NCBI RefSeq assembly: GCF_001194135.2
Contig: NC_068999.1
Span: 1,602,669-1,666,478, forward strand
DNA length: 63,810 bases
Reading direction: 5' to 3'
From: Octopus bimaculoides
Lineage: Eukaryota
Shown here: in pieces, positions 53,727 through 63,810 of the stretch
Numbering within the stretch: position 1 is the stretch's first letter
Layout of the letters: every line of letters starts with the position of its first letter
Position numbers and translations under genes: made by a program
The notes under the pieces: generated by a model
What the model saw: only the letters and a program-made list of their open reading frames with translations
The model's database searches: none
What the model was told of the DNA's origin: nothing

Positions 53727-54135
53727 AGGTGCAGGCGTGGCTGCCTGGTAAGTATGGTTCCAGTTTCAGCCCGAGTGCGTAGCACCATGTCACCTCGGGT
53801 AACTCTTCTTCCATAGGCACCAGGCAGACCAAAGCCTTGTGAGTGGATTTGTTATACGGGAACTGGGAAAGCACATCTATTATAAATACATATACATGTG
53901 TGTGTATCTGTATGTGTGTGTCTGTAGATGTGTATGTATATTAGTCTTTGTGTTTGTGTCTGACTTCTTGCACAGTTTGACAACCTGTGTTGGTTTGTTT
54001 ACGTCAGCCGTAACGTCGCGGTTCATCCAAAAGAGACCGCTACAATAAGTGCCAGCCTTAAAAAGAAAAAGTTAAATATTAGAGTCGATTTGTTCGACTG
54101 ATCCTTCGAGGTCGCACCCCAGCATGGTTGAAGAC
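53727..54135 (+). mobile_element. Family-B SINE, diverged
   Basis: GGTGCAGGCGTGGCTG head, GACCAAAGCCTTGTGAGTGGATTTG, an internal TA/TG tract, and GTCGATTTGTTCGACT...CCAGCATGG tail. Confidence 0.8.
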
Positions 54136-54256
54136 TGTGAGGAAGAAGAGTAAAATGTGTGTTAAAAAATATTCCAGAGTGTAAAGATCTCCATACAAAG
54201 TAGTAACTGATAGCTAGATGTAGACAATAAACTTAATCTGAACATATGCAGATTGC

Positions 54257-54288
<32 letters not shown>

Positions 54289-54416
54289 NNNNNNNNNNNN
54301 NNNNNNNNNNNNNNNNNNNNNNNNNNNNNNNNNNNNNNNNNNNNNNNNNNNNNNNNNNNNNNNNNNNNNNNNNNNNNNNNNNNNNNNNNNNNNNNNNNNN
54401 NNNNNNTATATATATA

Positions 54417-54633
54417 GTGAGAATTTACAAAAAAAATTAAAGGACGAAGACGGGTGTGTAAATAACAAACAGATGTTACTAGTTTAACGCTCGGGAAGTG
54501 AGAAAGTATTTTGCGTTTCGAGCCTACGCTCTTCAACAGAAAGGAACACAGAAATAAGCAGAGAGAGAAAACAGAAAAAGTTTTAGTGGCTAGCGATCTA
54601 TCATGGCGAATGCCAGACAAAGGGGTTACACAG
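54417..54633 (-). mobile_element. Short (~217 bp) TA-flanked repeat carrying a mutated hammerhead-core motif; putative Penelope-derived non-autonomous element
   Basis: Bounded by (TA)n on both sides. The minus strand reads CTTTCTG-TTGAAGA-GCGTAGGCTC-GAAA-CGCA. It shares CGTTTCGAG.CT.CGCTC.TCA.CAGAAAGGAA...GAGAGAGAAAAC with 17071-17135. Confidence 0.55.
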
Positions 54634-54679
54634 TATATATGTATGTTCGTAAGGAGGCAGTCAAGTACTTAAACACGTA

Positions 54680-54875
54680 GATAGGTAGATAGGTGAGTAG
54701 ATAGGTTTTAGGTGGTTATGTCAATTTTATAGATTGATAGTTACTTAGTTAATTGTGTAGGTATGTAGAGAAGTGAGAAGATAGGCAAGCTAATAGGTCG
54801 GTAGATATGTTTGGTAAGTAGGCATGTATGTAGATAGGTAGGAAGGTAGGTAGGTAGGTAGGTAGGTACATAGGT
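54680..54875. repeat. Imperfect (TAGG)n array
   Basis: Directly visible. Confidence 0.85.
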
Positions 54876-56633
54876 AGAACGGTCAGACACGCACATACGC
54901 ACGCACAAAAGCACACATACACATAAGGAGAGAGAAACATGACTATATACACACACATTCCACACACAAGCTTATATGCATAGACGCACAACGAAGCAGA
55001 AGTACGCACACACAAACGCACACACATACATACAAACAAGGTCTTAAGCAGACAAACGTGGCCTCCATAACGGACTAAGTAGAAAGTTGCAATTAAAGGA
55101 TATTGAATAACAAAATCAAAATAAATTACTTATTGTTTAACCAAATTAAACAAACAATCGATAAGTTAGTTGGTATTTAACCAATATACTGATAACAGAG
55201 GAATGGAATGGAACCAGTGCGTGTGTTAATAATTATTGGCATTATGATTCTTCCTAGACACAACAAAATACATATCTATGCTTATGCGTATAAAACTCTT
55301 TCATATTGAAGAGTGTCGAATCTTTTTCATTAATGATTTTATTTTTGTATTTTCTCATTAGATGTGTAAAATTAGATTGAAATAATAAAGTTTCTAAATC
55401 CATTAATGTGTCTGGCCATTCTTATTTTCTAAATTAAATGTGGATGGTAGTGGCAATTTTATTGCCGTCGTTTATGTAGTAGGCAGCAAGTCTCATAGAA
55501 ATGGTTTAGCTGATAAAATCGTTGTTGTTACTTTTAATATCAATTGTTCCTCGTGTTCTATTAGGGCGCACTCTCTAATAATTCATTTTGTTCTCTAATG
55601 TTCTATTAATAAAGCTTCACTAACAAATCGTTTAGACGGTGCTTTGCTAGGATGTTGTCTTCAGTGGCGTCAGTAAGATACGATCTCGTTAGGGAACGGA
55701 TGAATGTAATTATTCTGTTCATGCGTTTTTCAGTGATGTGAAATTTATCAGCTGAACTATTTCGAACGTATTAATAAGAATAGTTGTAATTTTCTCTACC
55801 GCTCAACCTGAAAGAATGTATGTGTTAGTTTTATTTGATCTTAAAGTTATTTGAGGTGAACCTCCTCGTGCTTCGTAATTTCAGTCGATGTAATGCTTAC
55901 TCTGTACACAAAATCTCAGAGAGGCATAGACCTTCTAAGTGGGTAACGATGCTTTCTGAAGTTAAAAGTAGGATGTTGCGGTGTGCTGGCAGGACGTAAA
56001 TCTCAACTTGCGGTGTGATAGATTTTATTCATATTATCATTTATATCAATTGCAGGGATCCCCTACCCACCCAAATATCACTTTATTACTTTTATCGACC
56101 ATGTCTTTCTACATGGATGGCCATAATGCTGTAGCATTCTTCTTTGTTGCTTCTTTCCTTTCGAAATATATGTCATTAGAATATGGTCTTCTTATCGACG
56201 TGGAAGTCTTCCGGATCTGCACTTGTGATCACTTGGACACTACTCACACGCTTGCAAAGGCCCAATTTTTTCCATTAGAACCGTGACAATTCTGGCTCCT
56301 TGCGAGTTGTACTATACACTCATGTGTATGATTATGTATGTATATATATATATATATATATATATAACTAGAAATAATATATAGGTCTAAATGCAGATCT
56401 AGATAGAGGGATAGATAGAGAGAGAGAGAAAGAGAAAGAGACAGAGAGACAGATAGATACATACATGCATGTTATATAGCTGTATATCTTTCATATGTGT
56501 TGGTATGTGTAGTTTTGTGAATGTGTTGATGTGTGTGTGCGGGTGTCTCTGTTGTAGTCTTTCCTTTTCAGTTACTTCCATTTATCTCCTCTTGAAGCAA
56601 ATTCAAAAATGTTTATCAAAAAACATAAAAGTG

Positions 56634-56717
<84 letters not shown>

Positions 56718-56727
56718 NNNNNNNNNN

Positions 56728-56770
<43 letters not shown>

Positions 56771-56961
56771 AATATACATATGTGTATATATATGTATATA
56801 GATAGATAGATAGATAGATATAGATATATACTTACTCTCAGGTAGCTACCTATTGCTACAAGCAATAGGTAGCTTCAATAGAAAAGTAGCAAATATTTAT
56901 TCGTGAGCACTGTGAATGCTGAATTACAAATCCTGCTGCTTTTTACCATTCTCATTGTTCA

Positions 56962-57013
<52 letters not shown>

Positions 57014-57233
57014 NNNNNNNNNNNNNNNNNNNNNNNNNNNNNNNNNNNNNNNNNNNNNNNNNNNNNNNNNNNNNNNNNNNNNNNNNNNNNNNNNNNNNNN
57101 NNNNNNNNNNNNNNNNNNNNNNNNNNNNNNNNNNNNNNNNNNNNNNNNNNNNNNNNNNNNNNNNNNNNNNNNNNNNNNNNNNNNNNNNNNNNNNNNNNNN
57201 NNNNNNNNNNNNNNNNNNNNNNNNNNNNNNNNN

Positions 57234-57285
<52 letters not shown>

Positions 57286-57397
57286 CACACACATATATAA
57301 TTTATATATATACACACACATATCTACATGTATATATATATAAGGGCATAACTATACAAGAATGCCTCATGTATGCATTTGTATTTATATGTACATT

Positions 57398-57459
<62 letters not shown>

Positions 57460-57741
57460 TACATAGATAAATGTACGTATAGGTAAACATATCGTATGTA
57501 TATATATACGTGTACGTATGTTAGAATGTGTATACGTGTTTATGTGTGTATGTCCTCTTGTACGTTGATATATACGTCAATATATACATATATATCATAT
57601 CAATGATTGCATACGTGTTTGTTGTCAGTGAAAGGCACAAATTTAATTACATACCTACCTGCATACATACATAAATATATTCATACGCACATACATACAT
57701 ATGTGTATATACATATATGATCATATATATATATGATCATA

Positions 57742-57791
<50 letters not shown>

Positions 57792-58009
57792 AATATATAT
57801 ACATGTGTATGTATGTGTATACAAGTCTATATACACATACTTACACTTATATTTATACATATACATACGTACACACACACATACATATATATATATATAT
57901 GTATGTATATATACTTATATATAAATATATATGTATATAACTATATTTTTACACATACATATCTACGCCTTTAACTAGTGGGAATTGATTATTATTGAAT
58001 AAACACTAA

Positions 58010-58058
<49 letters not shown>

Positions 58059-58609
58059 AACGGTTAATGCTACTACTAATGGTACCAATGCTGTAATATT
58101 ATACAACCATCATCATCATCATCATCAACATCATCATCATCATCATCCTCCTCCTTATCATCATCATCATCATTGTCATCTTCGTAGCAACACTGATTAC
58201 GGCATAAACTAAACCGAGTTTAAAACTGAGCTTTTAAAAACACTCACGCATCTTTCATTGTTGTTGTTGCTTTCTTTTTGTATTTGTTTGCAATTACTGT
58301 TTTTTATATATTTGTTAATGTTGTTGTTTTTCTTGTTTTTCTTTTTTCCTAAATCAATTAAGGATTCTCTGATGCATGTCTTTCAAATCAGAAATTCTTG
58401 AATCATACCAATTCAATTATTCTATTACAGTCCTCTAGATAACTATTCCATGTTGTTGTTGTTGTCGTTGTTGCAATTCTGAATGTTGTTGTTGCTTCTC
58501 TCTAATTCTGTTTATTCGTTTGTTTTTAGCTCTAACATTTTCATTATCATCATTATTATTATTTTTATCATCATCCTCATCATCATCATCATCATCATCA
58601 CAATCATCA

Positions 58610-58677
<68 letters not shown>

Positions 58678-58880
58678 TTATTGTTGTTGATTTTGTTGTA
58701 ATAGTACTTGTTGATGGCGATCGTGTTGCTGCTACCGCTGTTTTTCTAATCATTCTTCTTCTTCTTCTTCTTACTACTACTACTACAATTACTACAACTA
58801 TATTTATTATTATCCTCGTCATCATTATCATTATTGATGTTGTTGTTCTTATTTTATTTGTTGTTGTTGTTGTCGTTGTC
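58010..58880. repeat. Cluster of (ATT)n, (CAT)n, (TTG)n, (TTC)n and (TAC)n trinucleotide tracts
   Basis: Directly visible. Confidence 0.9.
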
Positions 58881-59126
58881 CGCCTCGTAAATGCTTTCTA
58901 TTAAATTCCTACACTTTTTCAAGTTGCTAAAATATAACTGGAAGGTTGCCTTGTAATTCGGTTGTTTTTCTTTTTCCTGCGTCTGTCTTCTTCTGCCTTT
59001 CAGTCTTTCTTTTCATTTATCCTTCACTGTTTTTTTCCCTTCTTTCTTTCTTTCTTCGTCTTTTATTTCTGCTTTTCTGATATCAACCCGCTTCCTACCT
59101 CCATCATCTGTCTTCATTTTGCTTTG

Positions 59127-59127
<1 letters not shown>

Positions 59128-59157
<30 letters not shown>

Positions 59158-59251
59158 CTTCTTCTTCTTCTTCTTCTTCTTCTTCTTCTTCTCTTTCTTC
59201 TTCTTCTTCTTCTTCTTCTTCTTCTTCTTCTTCTTCTTCTTCTTCTTCTTC
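59128..59251. repeat. (TTC)n/(GAA)n microsatellite, ~40 units with one interruption
   Basis: Directly visible; gives the spurious poly-Ser ORF 58962-59528. Confidence 0.98.
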
Positions 59252-60082
59252 ACCTTCCTCCTCCTCTCACTCTACTCCCCTTTCTCTTTCTTTCTTTCTC
59301 CCTCCAACCCTTTCATTTTTTTCTGTTACAAATATTTTTTCAAATCCTTATAAAATAACGACAACAATAATATTAATAATATTGCAATTATTGTTGTTAT
59401 TGTTCTACTCGTTTTCCTTCTTCTTCTTCTTCTTCTTATTATTATTATTATTTAGGGCAAATTATAAAAGAATCCTTCAGGTTGCCGTCCAGTCTAAGGA
59501 TTCCATAGTAAATAGTTCTACGCTGTAACGTCTCCGTCCGTCATGACGTTATTGAATACGTCATATTAATGCAATTTCCTAAATGTACATACACTCCCCC
59601 AACAAAATACTCACATACACACACATATATATATCTAACACACACACATATATATGTAAATGTATGATCGTCATCCATATATGCTCAGGTGCATGGCCAG
59701 TTAAAAATACAAAACTTAGTACGTTTCAATTCCATGAGTCAATAAGTTCGCTTGCTTTCATACAATGTTCCTTAGATAAAGGAAAATTATATTTTCTTGT
59801 TATTGTTATGCAAATTAGTCTTGAGTTTTGATGTTATTGTTGCGCTGAGGTTATGCAGTATATTTTCCCGATGCTACATACATCTTTGCACTTGTATGAC
59901 TCACACAGCCTCACATAGACACATTGTTTCCCGCACAGCCTCGTTGAAATAATACATGATGGTTGTGTTTTCTTATATTGCTCTCTCTTGTATAATGATT
60001 GGTCCTGTATTATGTGGGCTAGTATTTATGGTTGTGAAACCAATGTACATTATCTCTGTAATTGTAAATCATACACCCCACG

Positions 60083-60147
<65 letters not shown>

Positions 60148-60655
60148 GTACATGAATACACACATACGTATTCGGTGTGCCGGTTGAGAAGGCATTAAAT
60201 CTAAACTCCCTGTGTAGCGTGCTACCATAGTACAATATGTCAAGTATTACATATCACTGTGAAGGAAGAAATTGCGGTTTTGCGAGTAGAAATTTCCTGA
60301 GAAAGTAGTGAGCAAAATATATTTTTACAAATATTTGTATTTGAAGTTTTAAAATAGGTGTTGTAATTGGTTACTAATTATACTAACGTTATGCAAGTTC
60401 GAAGAACAATGTTTGAGCAGAATTCTGTTGTGTTTTAACAGAAATCAAACAGCTCGCGATTACACATGTTCAATATAATGATTATCTTCAATGAGAAAAG
60501 AAACTGGTATGTACTAATATATTCGGGAAGTATTTGTTATTTAGAATAATTACAACAAAAAGTTAGATTCAACTGCTTTGCGTTGTAAGTCTATTAACAC
60601 ATATGTGTATATACATTCTCAAGGACAAATACACCTGCATATGTGTGTTTGCGTG

Positions 60656-60708
<53 letters not shown>

Positions 60709-61327
60709 GGGAAAAGGTCTAAGACAGCATTTATGAGTACAAGAAATCAATTTTTCACGCAAATATGGGTGCCTAATTGATGTAAGACAGAACCAGTGTG
60801 AAATAAATGGTAACGATGGATATTTGAAGCATAAGAAGAATTTACTGGAGAGGAAGCTCAAATAGTTCCCGCAATCTATTAAAGCCACAAAGCATAGATT
60901 ACCATTTATTTACCCGGACAAGTACCTCGAAAGATTGAAATTCTGCACCTCGTGATTCCAAAGCAACCTACGTATATATGCAATTATATTCCACATACAT
61001 ACATACGTACGTACGTACATACATGCATACGTACGTACGTGCATATATGCATGCATATATGCATGTATATGTATATATGCATCATACAAATACATATATC
61101 TGTGTGTGTGTTTACGTATGTGTGTGTGCGTCCGTTGGTGTGTGCGTTCATTTGTGTTTGTGTGAGTATTTACGTCTGAATATAGATACATAAGATCGTA
61201 CGTACATGTACACATACTTTGAAAGTGTGCAAGTTTCTCTACGTCTATTACCCACGCGACACAAGCATGTACATATATACACATACATATATACATACAT
61301 ACATATATATATAGATACATATATATA

Positions 61328-61382
<55 letters not shown>

Positions 61383-62519
61383 NNNNNNNNNNNNNNNNNN
61401 NNNNNNNNNNNNNNNNNNNNNNNNNNNNNNNNNNNNNNNNNNNNNNNNNNNNNNNNNNNNNNNNNNNNNNNNNNNNNNNNNNNNNNNNNNNNNNNNNNNN
61501 NNNNNNNNNNNNNNNNNNNNNNNNNNNNNNNNNNNNNNNNNNNNNNNNNNNNNNNNNNNNNNNNNNNNNNNNNNNNNNNNNNNNNNNNNNNNNNNNNNNN
61601 NNNNNNNNNNNNNNNNNNNNNNNNNNNNNNNNNNNNNNNNNNNNNNNNNNNNNNNNNNNNNNNNNNNNNNNNNNNNNNNNNNNNNNNNNNNNNNNNNNNN
61701 NNNNNNNNNNNNNNNNNNNNNNNNNNNNNNNNNNNNNNNNNNNNNNNNNNNNNNNNNNNNNNNNNNNNNNNNNNNNNNNNNNNNNNNNNNNNNNNNNNNN
61801 NNNNNNNNNNNNNNNNNNNNNNNNNNNNNNNNNNNNNNNNNNNNNNNNNNNNNNNNNNNNNNNNNNNNNNNNNNNNNNNNNNNNNNNNNNNNNNNNNNNN
61901 NNNNNNNNNNNNNNNNNNNNNNNNNNNNNNNNNNNNNNNNNNNNNNNNNNNNNNNNNNNNNNNNNNNNNNNNNNNNNNNNNNNNNNNNNNNNTATATATA
62001 TATATATATAGAAGTAAAAATTTATCAAATGTATGTTTAGACTTTTAACTGTTCTTTCACTTGCGCTAAAATAAATTAGCGATATGCATACTGGTAATGT
62101 GACGATTGAACAACCAACTAAACTGTGGGATTTTAGTCACAAAATCACGCACACACATTTAATATAACATGAACGATATACATATACACACATATCTACA
62201 TATGGACATATATACATATACAAACATATACATATATACATACATATATATAATATATATATACATATACGCATATATACCTATATACTTACATACACAA
62301 ACACCNNNNNNNNNNATATATCTGCTTGACAAGATACATAATATGATATCTGCGCTATCGTGATCGAGGGTCAACGTCTGTTGAAATTAATATATTTTCC
62401 TATATGATTCTGTTTTCTATATTTATTTCTATGCCATACGCTTATGGGTTATTTGACTGTTATTTCTCGTAGGTCAAGTGACCGCTTAGTCGCTTTGTCA
62501 TTGCTTCACTATTGAGCTT

Positions 62520-62534
62520 ACCGCTAGATGGCAC
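62520..62534 (+). promoter_or_regulatory. Candidate CTCF-binding motif
   Basis: ACCGCTAGATGGCAC matches the CC(A/G)C(C/T)AG(A/G)(G/T)GGC(A/G)(C/G) core; motif only. Confidence 0.3.
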
Positions 62535-63810
62535 AGTTGAGGTTTTTGTGAGTTAATACGCTTTCACTTTGGTCATATTGCAGTAAATGGTAACGTCACC
62601 TACAAGACGAAAACACACACACACACACACACAGCACAGACCTTTCAGTCGACATACCATTTCTTTAACGATTCTGCCAACTGTGGATCTTGGTATTTAT
62701 TCCATAAGAAGTGGGAGATAATAAATTATAAACCATAATCCTTCGTTATTACATTAAAATAAAAATTTCTATAAATATGTTGCTTAGCAACGTGATTGCC
62801 GATCTCTCAAAAAACCTATTGATTAGTTCACATAGAAGCTATCTTGAATAGATATCGAATGTCAGAGAACTTGATGGCTTTAAGTATATGTATATATATT
62901 TGTGTTGTGGTACGTATACATGTGTCGGTGTGTGTTTTGTATGTGTATATGTGTTTATGTCTCTATGTGTCTAGGTATGTATATATGTAGACATAATCTT
63001 CAACGATGTCTGTGTGTGTACGTATATCTTTGTAGAAAATGGTAAGAGTGCTTCTAAAAACCACTAGATTCATCTGTATATATACATGTGTGAGAACGAG
63101 CGAGATAGAGAGAGAGAGACAGACAGACTGAGGGTATTTATGTTGTCATTGTATATATAGAACCTCCATTTGTACACTAACATCTCTCTGTACAAACAGA
63201 GATTTTGCTATATCAATATAGTGTTTGTTTACGTTATGGTAGAAGAACATACAACTGCTCATCACCAGTCTATGCCAGATGCCCACATGTCTGACTATGT
63301 ATCAGTCTAGGTTTCTATTTCTCACACTATATATGTATATTTATACACACATACATACACACACATATATATGCATATGTATTTAATACTTTTCGACTAA
63401 AGGGTGCATGTCGATCAGTGTGTTGAAGCGTTGAGTAAAGCGCTGGCACAGTTTGGGGCAACCTCGTGTCATCTGCAGCCGGGGAATATTTCCGTTGGTT
63501 CTACTTTAGGAAATCCGTATTATTAGCGGAGACAATAATAATTATTTCTTTGTATTTAGAATTAATCTTTATCTTGTACAACGGTCGTTTCGATCCATCC
63601 TGCAACGTGATCTTTAGAGAGACGCGACTTTATATTTAGATGCATCTGATGAAACCCACACTGCAAATTGATGAAACACAGCATGTCCCTCCAATAAGGG
63701 AGAGTACCATTGTGATTAGTTGAGCATAAAAAATGAAACGGCCTCTTTCCAACGAATTTTTGTTAAAATGGCAAAAGCAGTTGACACAAATGATGCAGAA
63801 GTTATTTGGA

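Noticed and set aside
57713-57744. Perfect 32-bp palindrome ATATATGATCATATATATATATGATCATATAT
   Set aside because: A trivial product of a substituted (TA)n repeat duplicated by slippage.
63400-63530. Plus frame VHVDQCVEALSKALAQFG... and minus frame ...AADDTRLPQTV (CR1-like ADDT)
   Set aside because: Short, with no recognisable extended homology in either frame.
63645-63690. CTGATGA...GAAACACAGCATGTC hammerhead-like string
   Set aside because: Neither helix I nor helix II can pair; likely chance.

Overview
This is AT-rich eukaryotic, essentially non-coding DNA from a short-read draft assembly, with 22 N-gaps totalling about 6 kb, nearly all abutting (TA)n/(TG)n tracts. The SINE repertoire and microsatellite density resemble an octopod cephalopod (Octopus-like); this rests on recall, not a search. 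No host protein-coding gene, rRNA, true tRNA or CRISPR array can be supported, and almost all ORF-track entries are translated microsatellites or gaps. Supportable content: (i) three or four families of tRNA-derived SINEs, including a dimer that inserted as one unit; (ii) a frameshifted hAT/ZMYM1-like transposase (50747-51763) joined tail-to-tail to an antisense Merlin/ISXO2-type transposase fragment (51755-51928), followed by a GC-rich cruciform and an ~81-bp minisatellite; (iii) an RTE-clade LINE fragment; (iv) two fold-back/MITE-like inverted repeats; (v) four hammerhead-ribozyme-core motifs of the minimal, Penelope-associated type, two of them in one short repeat family. I found no clearly novel biological system. 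The best leads are the hammerhead-bearing short element, the hAT-Merlin composite and the dimeric SINE.
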